A program made the position numbers and the translations under genes. A DNA stretch of 32,000 nucleotides. Source: an archaeon (lineage in GTDB: Archaea; Asgardarchaeota; Thorarchaeia; Thorarchaeales; Thorarchaeaceae). Under the pieces are notes generated by a model, which saw only the letters and a list, made by a program, of their open reading frames with translations, was not told where the DNA came from and did no database searches. The DNA lies in the NCBI GenBank assembly GCA_024275415.1, contig JAJRZD010000034.1, positions 1 to 32,000 on the forward strand, written 5' to 3'. This document shows, in pieces, positions 8,225 through 17,288 of the stretch (positions within the stretch are counted from its first letter, which is position 1; each line of letters opens with the position of its first letter).

Positions 8225-10386
8225 TTCAAATAGCTCTCCACGCTCTGTTTCATCCGTGCGATTTCCTCAACGGGGTCTGCAAAGGAAAGGTCAGAGGCCG
8301 TTATGTCGAATGAGTCCTTATACCTGGTCACTCGTCCCTTCACAACTACATAGCTGCCTAGGATTCGGTCAGCGTTCTTCTCAATAGGTGCCTTATCGTT
8401 ATTGGATTTTTTAATCAATGTCTGTGCTTCATCAGCAGTCATGCCTAACAAATTCTCCCCTGACTTTCCGAAGAGTGTCGCTCTTATAGATCCAGACCCG
8501 TCATCAATTGTAACTTTGTACAGCATCCGATATTCAGGTCTGACGTTTCCATGTTCTTTGCAGACAAAATCATCATCGACGAATTCTGCCTTTTTCATAC
8601 ATTCAGGGCAGGCGGGATAGATAGGATTATGCTGTCCAACGGCTACGATAATGCCACAGACCTCTAGCGTGTCCCCTTCAGACTCTTCACCGATGTCTGC
8701 AATAAAGGTACGTTGTCCTACGATTACGGGAGTGAACCGTTTTCCATTGATCTCCAACTTGGAAGCATCACTATCTTTCGGATTGATCTCAATCTCTGCT
8801 TTCTGACCTACTCCAAATTCGATATCACCTTGATACCCTTTCTTGATATAACCGTGCTTGATTCTAACTACATCACCCTCTTTGACATCCTTCAGCAAGT
8901 CCACATGCTCATTCCAGAAGGCTGCACGGATAGACTTCTCTGACTCGTCGACTATGATAATGTTCTGCACTAGTCCTTGTTTTCCGTCTCGGCTCCACTC
9001 ATTCGGTGGGAATATACGGAACACTTTCCCCTCAATATCAACATCCCACATTCCAATCTTCATATCTTCGATTCTGACCCGCCCGAGAGGATCCGATGAG
9101 GTACTATCCAGACTTGATGTGATTTGTATGTCTAAAGACGCGATTTTGCTGTCTTTCGGATTGATTTCGATTTCTGCTTTCTGACCCACTCCAAACTCGA
9201 TGTCATCACGATACCCTTTTTTGACATAACCATGCCGTACCCGAACTATATCGCCTTCTTGGAGATTCTTGATTTTTTCCACATCATCATTCCAGAAAGC
9301 CACCCTCACAGATTTTCCTGACTCATCAACCACAATGATATTTTGAACCTGCCCTCTCTCCCCTTTGCGTTCGAACTCCTTTGGTGGGAATATTCTGAAC
9401 ACCTTTGCCTCAAGATCAACATCACGCATCCCAATCTGCATCTCATCGATAGGGATCCTTCCTGTAGGCTCTCCTCCACCATCAAGACCAGTAGGCTCTA
9501 CAACGTCCATTTTGACCTTTAGGTTTCTTTCGATATTCGAGCTTCTGGTCAGGTGTGCTTCTATCTCTCCTGCATTTCTGCCCGGCCGGGTTCTGATTCC
9601 AGTAACTCGAATCACTTCGCCTTCTTCGATATTTTCTGCCACTTCGGCATGTTCATCCCAGAACACAAGTCTTGTGGTTCCTGTATCATCCCCCACAATC
9701 ATACTGAGGACCTTCCCCTCTGTTCCATCAGCCTTCCTAGTAAATGTGGACAGTCTAAATTTCCTCTGCACCTTGACTGTCAAAGTGACATCATACATAT
9801 CCTCCGTCAGCTCGCTGATTGTGTTAGTTTTAGGCTCGCCTACTTTGATATCAAGACCCTCAATCTCGTGCTCCTCAAAAATCTTGATTCCCCCAGTCCT
9901 GCCCAAGTTAAGTTCGATTTTGTCTTTCAGTCCCTTTCGTACATATGCTCCTCTGATCTGGATGATATTCCCAACAGAAACAGCTCCTTCCGACACAGCC
10001 TTGGTCATCTCATCCCATAATGCGACTCTAATCTGTACAGTTTCATCAGCAAGGGTTATGCTGGCAACTTTACCTTCTCCTCCTCCATCCTTTCGTGCGA
10101 AGGTTCTGACAGTTCCTATATGGATTACTTTAGCTGTAATAACGACATTCCGGTCAGTTTCCGAGATGTCCTCGATTCTCTGACGTGATCGTGCTGTGAC
10201 CTGTTGCAAATCGATACCTAATTCTCTTGCGACTATCATAGCAGCAGACTCCTCATTCACCACCTCTGGTCCAAGCTCCTGCCTTTTCTCATTGACCATT
10301 TTCATGATATCGTTTCTGTCGTATTCAGGGAGATGTTTTCGAATTAGCTCAATAGTTTCTTCAAGGGTTAGCACTATATTTCCCAT
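8221..10386 (-). CDS. rpa: Replication protein A large subunit: N-terminal helical domain, five OB folds, last with zinc finger
   Basis: Repeated OB motifs (LADETVQIRVALW, VGDDTGTTRLVFW, VVDESGKSVRVAFW, IVDESEKSIRAAFW, IDDGSGSIRATLF) and YPACPEC...CKEH. Start probably ATG 10386 or GTG 10374, not 10572. Confidence 0.9.
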   Translation of the reverse strand: MGNIVLTLEETIELIRKHLPEYDRNDIMKMVNEKRQELGPEVVNEESAAMIVARELGIDLQQVTARSRQRIEDISETDRNVVITAKVIHIGTVRTFARKDGGGEGKVASITLADETVQIRVALWDEMTKAVSEGAVSVGNIIQIRGAYVRKGLKDKIELNLGRTGGIKIFEEHEIEGLDIKVGEPKTNTISELTEDMYDVTLTVKVQRKFRLSTFTRKADGTEGKVLSMIVGDDTGTTRLVFWDEHAEVAENIEEGEVIRVTGIRTRPGRNAGEIEAHLTRSSNIERNLKVKMDVVEPTGLDGGGEPTGRIPIDEMQIGMRDVDLEAKVFRIFPPKEFERKGERGQVQNIIVVDESGKSVRVAFWNDDVEKIKNLQEGDIVRVRHGYVKKGYRDDIEFGVGQKAEIEINPKDSKIASLDIQITSSLDSTSSDPLGRVRIEDMKIGMWDVDIEGKVFRIFPPNEWSRDGKQGLVQNIIIVDESEKSIRAAFWNEHVDLLKDVKEGDVVRIKHGYIKKGYQGDIEFGVGQKAEIEINPKDSDASKLEINGKRFTPVIVGQRTFIADIGEESEGDTLEVCGIIVAVGQHNPIYPACPECMKKAEFVDDDFVCKEHGNVRPEYRMLYKVTIDDGSGSIRATLFGKSGENLLGMTADEAQTLIKKSNNDKAPIEKNADRILGSYVVVKGRVTRYKDSFDITASDLSFADPVEEIARMKQSVESYLN
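8770..9462 (-). repeat. Tandem duplicated OB fold inside rpa (9148-9462 and 8770-9084, period 378 nt)
   Basis: Manual alignment gives 72/105 identical residues with no gaps, including an identical DIEFGVGQKAEIEINPKDS. The similarity is also visible in the DNA. Confidence 0.9.
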
Positions 10387-10436
10387 CCGGCTGATGTTCA
10401 TGACCATTAAAGTCATAGTATTGTTTCTCACGAGAC

Positions 10437-10444
10437 CTTTAAAG
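10437..10444. promoter_or_regulatory. Palindromic TATA-like element between divergent rpa and polC
   Basis: CTTTAAAG reads the same on both strands; about 50 nt upstream of the rpa ATG and 110 nt upstream of the polC TTG. Confidence 0.35.
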
Positions 10445-10553
10445 CTCACTACTTGTGATGAGTGAGTCATGCACTGCGCTACCATGAAGTGCACATGGCA
10501 TCGTATGCCAAAAGACAAAAGACAATTTAGTTGCCAATATGATGTGACTTGGT

Positions 10554-13500
10554 TTGACAGATGATGATCCAAAACTGCCCGTGCATAGCCTTAACTATGG
10601 CATATACTTTGATTCATTGAACAAAGAAGTAGAGCGTGTTTATGAAGTCGCAGGACTCGCACGCGAACAGGGGTTTGATCCTTCTACAAAGGTCGAGATT
10701 CCCCCAGCTCACGACGTGGCTGCGCGGGTCGAGGCCACACTGGAGGGGCCCAAAGGTGTGGCGAAACGGATTCGTGAATTGCAGGAAAACCATACCAGAG
10801 AAGAAGTGGCCTTTGCAGTCGCTAGAGAGATTGCCCTTGGAAAACTTGGAGGCATTTCCGAACCTGAGAAAGCTGCAGACAAGGCTGTTCGCGTAGCACT
10901 TGCGATCCTCACTGAAAGCATCACTGCAGCCCCCTTGGAGGGGATTTCAAAGGTGCGCATCAGAGGGTCGGGGTCTGAAAAGTATCTTGCACTCTATTTG
11001 GCCGGTCCAATTCGTGCTGCTGGCGGAACCGAGGCCGCTGTAACGGTTCTTGTTGCTGACTATGTTCGTCAAGTGCTTGATCTTCCACCTTTCAGAGCAA
11101 CGGAAGATGAGATTGAGAGGGCACTTGAGGAGGTCGAACTTTATGCCAGAAATGTTCACCTCCAATATAATGTGTATCCTGACCTTATCAAGTTTGCATC
11201 AAAGAACCTCCCCATCATGCTAAATGGTGAACCCACAGAGAGCTTTGAAGTATCTGCTGGCAGGGACTTGAATCGCATTGAAACGAATCGCGTAAGGAGT
11301 GGGACTGTCCTTGTTCTTAATGATGGTGTCGTAGGGCGTGCAGCAAAACTGGCGAAGATTGTTCATAGACTAAATATCGAGGGTTGGGATTGGCTGGATA
11401 AAATATCCGACGAGCTGTCAAAAGCAAAGACTTCCAAAGATTCTGATTCTGATAGCAAGCTTGCACCAAAGGCAGACTATCTTGCTGATGTCATAGGTGG
11501 ACGCCCTGTTTTCTCGCATCCTTCTCGCAAGGGTGGGTTCAGATTACGATATGGACGATCACGGAATACTGGGCTTGCAGGAGTAGGTGTTCACCCCGCA
11601 ACGATGGTTTTAGTCGAAGAATTCCTCGCTCCTGGAACCCATATCCGGACGGAACGACCTGGAAAGGGATCCATTGTTGCTCCCGTTGATACCATCGAAG
11701 GCCCGATTGTGCTACTGAGTGATGGGACTGTAAAACAGATACAGACATTCGAAGAGGCAAAAAAGATCCAAGACAAGGTCAAGCGTATTATTGCTTTAGG
11801 CGATATCCTTGTTGCACTGGGCGAGTTCCTTGAGAACAACCATCCACTAGCACCATCTGGGTACTGTGAGGAATGGTGGTCACACGATCTGGATAAGGCA
11901 TGTGCATCATTCGAATCCGATAAGTTAAGGAATCTCTTGAGGAGAATCAATCTTACTCCCGAAGAGATGAATGCATTCATCGAGTCACCCCTAACAAGGA
12001 TTCCTTCCCCCGAGGAGGCTTTGCATATCTCGAAAAAACTAGGAGTGCCATTGCACCCAAAATACACGTATCGTTGGACAGTTGCTACTATCGCGGAGTT
12101 AAAGGAACTTAGAGAACACATCCTCTCACAACACGAAATTGTTGAAGAGAATGGGAGGTTTCTGTATATCCCCTCAACCCCATCCATTAAAGCTATCCTT
12201 GAGAATGTTGGTATTCCCCATACACCTTTGAAAAGGAAGAGGATTCGGCTGTCCGACAGCGCAGATGTGATTCTCGCACAGTTGGGAAAACCCACGAAGA
12301 AGGGACGTGGAAAAAACGCGCTAGCGTTCATGAATTCTGTGTCTGACGTCAAACTGAGAGACCGTGTAGGATTCTCTATTGGCGCACGGATGGGACGGCC
12401 TGAGAAAGCTCAGGTACGGAGGATGAAGCCCCCTGTACAGGTGCTATTTCCAGTAGGCAGGTTCATGGGAACCGAGCGGAATATTGTACGTGTGGCACAA
12501 GGAGCGTCTCATAGGACAAACCAAGGTATCCTTGTCGCTAATGGGTTCGACAAGTCTATGAAGGCTGGCCCTTCTTCTGCTTCTCAACTGAGAGTAGATT
12601 TGGTAGTCCGAACTTGTCCTCGTTGTCAAAGTGAAACATTCGAATCCCGCTGTCCAGAATGTGGGATTCATACTGATATTCGGTCTTGGTGCTCACAGGA
12701 CGGCTGTGGCCGTTATATTGAAGACAGTGGAGATGATGACAAAACAGTCAAACAATGTCCTCTAGGCCATGATCCCACTCTAGTTCGCGGCACCCGTTCT
12801 ATTCATATCGATATGGAACAACTTCTGAAACGAGTGAGAGGAGAAATCGGAGAGCCTGAGTCCTATAATGTTAGGGGTGTTCTCGGACTAACCAGTGATT
12901 TGAAGATTCCCGAGTATCTTGGCAAAGGAATCCTTCGTGCAAAACACGGTGTGTATTGTTATCGTGACGGTACAGCACGATTTGATGCGACTGATGCCCC
13001 CTTGACACACTTCACACCCGCAGAGGTAGGTGTTTCTTTTCATCGACTAAGAGAACTTGGCTATCTGAATGACATTCACGGGGAGCCCCTTGACTCTGAC
13101 GACCAGATACTGGAATTGAAGGTACAAGATATCGTCATACCTGAGAACTGTGGTGACTACATGGTTCAAGTTGGCAATTTTGTCGATGACTGCCTCGAGA
13201 AAATTTACGGCTTGGAACGATATTATAATTTCAGAGAGCCTGACGATGTCGTAGGGCACCTCGTAATAGGTCTGGCTCCTCATACGTCCGCAGGCATCAT
13301 CGGAAGAATCGTCGGATTCACCAGTGCAAGTGTCTGTTATGCACATCCATATTGGCATGCTGCAAAGAGGCGAAACTGTGATGGGGACGAGGACGCTCTG
13401 ATCCTCGTCATGGATGCCCTACTCAACTTCTCGCGTGCATACTTGCCCAAAGGACGGGGTGGGTTCATGGACGCGCCTCTCGTCCTGTCAGTGATTCTTA

Positions 13501-14123
13501 ATCCGTCAGAGGTCGATGATGAAAGTCACAATATTGAGATTTGTTCTCGTTATCCTGCACAGTTCTATGATATAGTCGCTAGGGCTGAGCATCCCCGCGT
13601 CGTGGAATCATTGGTTGATATAATCGCCTCACGTTTGGATACCGAGGCACAATACGAGGGTTTTGGCTTCACACATGGAACAAGCTCAATAAATGCAGGT
13701 CCCACGAACACTCGGTATAAAACATTAGGCAGCATGGTAGAGAAGCTTGATGCTCAGCTCAAGATTGCGTCTTTGATTGATGCTGTCGACGCAGATGATG
13801 TTGCTCGAAGAGTGATATCCCATCACTTTCTCCGAGACATTCGCGGAAACCTCAGAGCATATTCTACCCAGAAGATTAGATGTATGAGGTGCAACCGTAG
13901 CTACCGTCGTGTCCCCCTCTCCGGCAAATGTGCATGTGGAGCGGGTAAACTATCACTTACTGTCAGGCAACGCAATATATCCAAATATCTGGAGATTGCT
14001 CAAAGAATCATCGAGGAGCACAAGCTCGGAACATACCTTCAGCAGCGTCTTCAATTGATTAATACATCCCTCAATTCGTTGTTTGTGTCTGAACAGACTA
14101 TGCTTACCGATTTTCTCGAGTGA
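10554..14123 (+). CDS. polC: DNA polymerase D large subunit DP2, intein-free
   Basis: YLAGPIRAAGGT, LRYGRSRNTG, RMGRPEKA, catalytic HAAKRRNCDGDED, C-terminal CMRC...CACG zinc site, terminal PIP-like QTMLTDFL. TTG start preceded by GATGTGA. Confidence 0.97.
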   Translation: MTDDDPKLPVHSLNYGIYFDSLNKEVERVYEVAGLAREQGFDPSTKVEIPPAHDVAARVEATLEGPKGVAKRIRELQENHTREEVAFAVAREIALGKLGGISEPEKAADKAVRVALAILTESITAAPLEGISKVRIRGSGSEKYLALYLAGPIRAAGGTEAAVTVLVADYVRQVLDLPPFRATEDEIERALEEVELYARNVHLQYNVYPDLIKFASKNLPIMLNGEPTESFEVSAGRDLNRIETNRVRSGTVLVLNDGVVGRAAKLAKIVHRLNIEGWDWLDKISDELSKAKTSKDSDSDSKLAPKADYLADVIGGRPVFSHPSRKGGFRLRYGRSRNTGLAGVGVHPATMVLVEEFLAPGTHIRTERPGKGSIVAPVDTIEGPIVLLSDGTVKQIQTFEEAKKIQDKVKRIIALGDILVALGEFLENNHPLAPSGYCEEWWSHDLDKACASFESDKLRNLLRRINLTPEEMNAFIESPLTRIPSPEEALHISKKLGVPLHPKYTYRWTVATIAELKELREHILSQHEIVEENGRFLYIPSTPSIKAILENVGIPHTPLKRKRIRLSDSADVILAQLGKPTKKGRGKNALAFMNSVSDVKLRDRVGFSIGARMGRPEKAQVRRMKPPVQVLFPVGRFMGTERNIVRVAQGASHRTNQGILVANGFDKSMKAGPSSASQLRVDLVVRTCPRCQSETFESRCPECGIHTDIRSWCSQDGCGRYIEDSGDDDKTVKQCPLGHDPTLVRGTRSIHIDMEQLLKRVRGEIGEPESYNVRGVLGLTSDLKIPEYLGKGILRAKHGVYCYRDGTARFDATDAPLTHFTPAEVGVSFHRLRELGYLNDIHGEPLDSDDQILELKVQDIVIPENCGDYMVQVGNFVDDCLEKIYGLERYYNFREPDDVVGHLVIGLAPHTSAGIIGRIVGFTSASVCYAHPYWHAAKRRNCDGDEDALILVMDALLNFSRAYLPKGRGGFMDAPLVLSVILNPSEVDDESHNIEICSRYPAQFYDIVARAEHPRVVESLVDIIASRLDTEAQYEGFGFTHGTSSINAGPTNTRYKTLGSMVEKLDAQLKIASLIDAVDADDVARRVISHHFLRDIRGNLRAYSTQKIRCMRCNRSYRRVPLSGKCACGAGKLSLTVRQRNISKYLEIAQRIIEEHKLGTYLQQRLQLINTSLNSLFVSEQTMLTDFLE

Positions 14124-14128
14124 TCTGG

Positions 14129-14977
14129 TCATTCGTCAAATGCCAGTCTGAGGAGATCTCTATCCTCAATCATACCAATTAGATTCCCAGCCGCTGAGAG
14201 AACCGGTGCTTGGTCTATCTCGTTCTTCCGGAGGATCGAAACGCACTCGGCCACGGTCGTTACCTCACTGACACTGATCATGTTCTTTGTCATCACCTGT
14301 GCGACCGGCACATTCGGCAATTTCAGTAGTTTCTTTGTCACCACAAGAAAATCCTTGGATGCCCAACCCCACTCGGCAGTTCCGCCCTCACTGTTGTGTA
14401 CCTCTGAGATATTATCCTCAATTTCGACTTCAGATAGTCGGATGTAATCACTGACCGTCATGAGACCTGAAACACCCCCACTTGCATTAACAACCACAAG
14501 CGAGTTTCGTCCCGCCATTTCCATTATCATGTAGGAAAGAGGAAGTGGGGTTTGATCCCAGATGCTGAAGACCTCCCTTCGGATGTACTTCGAAATGTTT
14601 TCCGATTTAAATCTCTCATCGTCCTCAAGCACAGCACCTATGATATCAGGAACAGATATCATTCCTACCAGCTCGCCCTTGGTCACGATAGGCAAACGCC
14701 GGTACTTGTTCTCAGCCATGATTCGTGCGGCTCTTTCGATTTTGCTTGTTGGAGATACTGTTACTGGATCTCTCACCATCAACATTGCAAGCTGATTTTC
14801 ATCCGCTTTCCTTAACAGATCCGTCCGGGTCACAATCCCTACGAGGGTCTTGGATCCCTTTTTGACAACTGGCAACCCATTTATTTGCTTTTCAGCCATG
14901 AGTTGGAGAACATTCTCTCTCGTTCCCGGCACTGAAACATATACAACATCTGATTGCATACAATCCTTGACCATCAT
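14129..14977 (-). CDS. Four-CBS-domain protein
   Basis: Four CBS repeats (GLPVV...GIVTRTDL; RRLPIV...GMISVPDI; SLVVV...GLMTVSDY; QAPVL...GMIEDRDL). Confidence 0.9.
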   Translation of the reverse strand: MMVKDCMQSDVVYVSVPGTRENVLQLMAEKQINGLPVVKKGSKTLVGIVTRTDLLRKADENQLAMLMVRDPVTVSPTSKIERAARIMAENKYRRLPIVTKGELVGMISVPDIIGAVLEDDERFKSENISKYIRREVFSIWDQTPLPLSYMIMEMAGRNSLVVVNASGGVSGLMTVSDYIRLSEVEIEDNISEVHNSEGGTAEWGWASKDFLVVTKKLLKLPNVPVAQVMTKNMISVSEVTTVAECVSILRKNEIDQAPVLSAAGNLIGMIEDRDLLRLAFDE

Positions 14978-15132
14978 TGTTGCGATACTCCGGTGTCTTT
15001 AAGAAGCTAGGTTCTGTCTTGTTCCCCATCATTATCCTCAAATCACAATGAGAATGGTTGGAACATGACTAGACACAGGATTTTCCTTAAATGTCTATCT
15101 TTACAAGAATCACCTGTTTGTACCAGCCTTTC

Positions 15133-15693
15133 TTACCAAGGATGCTTTTTTAGTCCCAGAAGATATCCCATTGCGTTGCTTATCCAGTGTATTCCCAGCG
15201 TCATAGAGATAAGAATGACCACGTAGAGAGCAGATGCCTGCATGACTGGGGATGCTATGATTAGAGCCATGATGATGAAACCCAGCTGGTCAAGCATTGG
15301 GGCTGGATTGCCGCTCTTGATGTCAGCGCGTCGCTTAAAGAACGACCCGATTAGATCCCCCAGAAGTGCTCCTACTGATAACATGAATGCCCCTGGAACT
15401 GACATATGGAGAATGGAACTCATCTCGGGAGTTATATTCACGTACGTTTCTAAGAGTGGTTGGAGGAAAGGGGCTGCCATCTGCTGACCTACCCCCATCA
15501 AGGTTCCCAAGGCAACTCCTACAATAAATCCACGAATAGTTTTTCCATTACCCAATATTCTACGTCCGTCCTTTAGAACATGTCCTCCGTCAATAGGAGG
15601 CCCTCCGCCAAATAGTACAGGCATCGAGTTGGCTATCCAAGCCGGAAGTCCAAACCATATGGCGAGTTCTATCATGGCAAGTATCTCGTACAT
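15133..15693 (-). CDS. carS: CDP-archaeol synthase (DUF46)
   Basis: ANSMPVLFGGGPPIDGG, DGRRILGNGKTIRG, GDLIGSFFKRR, APMLDQL and several TM helices. AAGGAG SD before ATG 15693. Confidence 0.92.
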   Translation of the reverse strand: MYEILAMIELAIWFGLPAWIANSMPVLFGGGPPIDGGHVLKDGRRILGNGKTIRGFIVGVALGTLMGVGQQMAAPFLQPLLETYVNITPEMSSILHMSVPGAFMLSVGALLGDLIGSFFKRRADIKSGNPAPMLDQLGFIIMALIIASPVMQASALYVVILISMTLGIHWISNAMGYLLGLKKHPW

Positions 15694-15735
15694 CGGGTGT
15701 ACTCCTTTCAACTAGAAATCGTCCGCAATCCAATT

Positions 15736-16425
15736 TCACTGTTTCTCTTCGGGTTCTTCTGACGAGAAGCCCTGTGCAGTAAGGTATAGATATTCACGCG
15801 ATGTATCCCCCTCTGGGACTAGGCGTTCAACTATTCGTTCTCCCACTCTTTTCCCATCACGGATGCATAGCACGTAATCTGACCAGTAGTCCATTATACT
15901 ACTTGCAACAGGCTCGATCGCATAGGACTCGCTCATCTTTGCCCGAACTTGATTCAGGATTATGATTCCGACATCATTGTATCTTGCCAATCCCTTGAGG
16001 ATTCCCAATTGGCGGTTCAGCTCCCGATGAACTACGTAGTTTGTCTTTCGATCCTCAAGCACCGTACGATAGAGGCGTGTCAAGGTATCCATGACGACTA
16101 GGCGTGTGTCTTCTTTCAGATACATCTCGATATCTTGGACTATAGTGCTTTGTTCATCAAAGCTCTTTGGAAGGAGAAGTGTTATTCTGTTTGCAAACTC
16201 TTCAAACCTCTCTCCCTTGAGTTGCTCTAGACGATCAACAGGTGATGACGGTTCGGAGTTGATATAGATCACATGACCGCCAAAATCCAGTACACCTTTC
16301 ACAAAAGCCAATGCAAGAGTTGTCTTTCCCATCCCTGCCTTTCCATACACATGCGTGATTAATCCTGTGTGTATTCATTTGGCAAGCAACCTATCCAGTT
16401 TCGACACCCCTGACGGAAGAATCAA
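15736..16425 (-). pseudogene. radB: RadB recombinase paralogue interrupted by an in-frame TGA at 16375-16377
   Basis: From TTG 16425 (AGGTG SD; ATG 16446 also in frame): LILPSGVSKLDRLLAK*IHTGLITHVYGKAGMGKTT, then IYINSE, LVVMDTLTRLYR, ILNQV, DYWS. The ORF track captures only the part after the stop. Family call is confident; pseudogene status is not. Confidence 0.75.
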
Positions 16426-16490
16426 ATTGACAAGCACCTGCTTCATTCTATCCTGCGTCGTGTGATAAGCTTAGCTTAGAGGACAAAAAA

Positions 16491-17288
16491 ATGTCCAAGT
16501 ACCGAATTGCTCTTGCAACGAAAAACCCCAGAACCTTCTACATCGCAGTTAAGATTCTCAAAAGGTTGGCGTTGGCATTCCGTTCTTGTACACCAAATGA
16601 TCAGTACTGCAAGGAGGCAAATCTAGTTATCACAACATCCGAAGAGGTTGACGATACTGGATGTGAACACCTGCTCGTCATCGATGAAATGCCCGACGAA
16701 TCGACAACATCGCTTGATGTTATGATGCACTATCTGTCGCTAATACCTCCACGCGAAATCGCTATTGGAATTGACCCTGGATTACACAACGGGATTGCGG
16801 TTCTTGTAGATGGAACACCCTCGTTTGGCCGTGTCCTTGTGTCACCAATTGATACATCAGCACTCGTTACCAAGTTGGTAGTGCATGTTGAAAGCAAATA
16901 CCCCTTAAGTCGAGTCTATATTCGCATAGGGATTGGATCCAAACTCCACTCAACACTCTTGCTCCGAGAATTAGTACGAAGGTTGCCTGCTTCACGTCTA
17001 GAAATGGTAGACGAACGAAACACTACCACTCAAGGAGGATATTTTAAAGACCAATTCTCTGCAGAGCTGATAGCACTGCGCCCCGGTCGAGGGCACACAG
17101 CAGACGACTTGAAGCTGGAGCCAAAAAGAGGTTTCATCCGTGGACTACAACATCTTTTCACATGGTTGACCGATAATAAGGAAACCCTATCCATCGAGTC
17201 TGTCAGGCAAATCCTGAGGGGCGATATCACATTGGAAGACGCTCTCAGCATTCATGAAACACCTGAAAAGAACTCCTCTACCGCCTGA
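16491..17288 (+). CDS. RNase H-fold protein with a YqgF/RuvX-like nuclease domain
   Basis: IAIGIDPGLHNGIAVL (beta-1 catalytic Asp), MVDERNTT and DQFSAELIA match the YqgF pattern GxD...DERxTT...DxxAAxxI. Extra N- and C-terminal segments are present. Confidence 0.65.
   Translation: MSKYRIALATKNPRTFYIAVKILKRLALAFRSCTPNDQYCKEANLVITTSEEVDDTGCEHLLVIDEMPDESTTSLDVMMHYLSLIPPREIAIGIDPGLHNGIAVLVDGTPSFGRVLVSPIDTSALVTKLVVHVESKYPLSRVYIRIGIGSKLHSTLLLRELVRRLPASRLEMVDERNTTTQGGYFKDQFSAELIALRPGRGHTADDLKLEPKRGFIRGLQHLFTWLTDNKETLSIESVRQILRGDITLEDALSIHETPEKNSSTA

Noticed and set aside
9365-10183. Long antisense ORFs (this 272-aa frame, also 11591-12352 and similar)
   Set aside because: Shadows of strongly conserved genes on the opposite strand, with Ser/Ile/Phe-rich composition and no motifs.
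10387-10572. ORF-track N-terminal extension of rpa overlapping the polC start
   Set aside because: No RPA-like sequence; the region is the divergent promoter spacer.
13374-13394. Possible intein in DP2
   Set aside because: The common insertion site NCDGDED is continuous and the protein length is normal.
16375-16377. Selenocysteine or TGA=Gly recoding as the explanation of the radB stop
   Set aside because: The position corresponds to Gly, not Cys; I saw no SECIS; TGA terminates many genes in this window.
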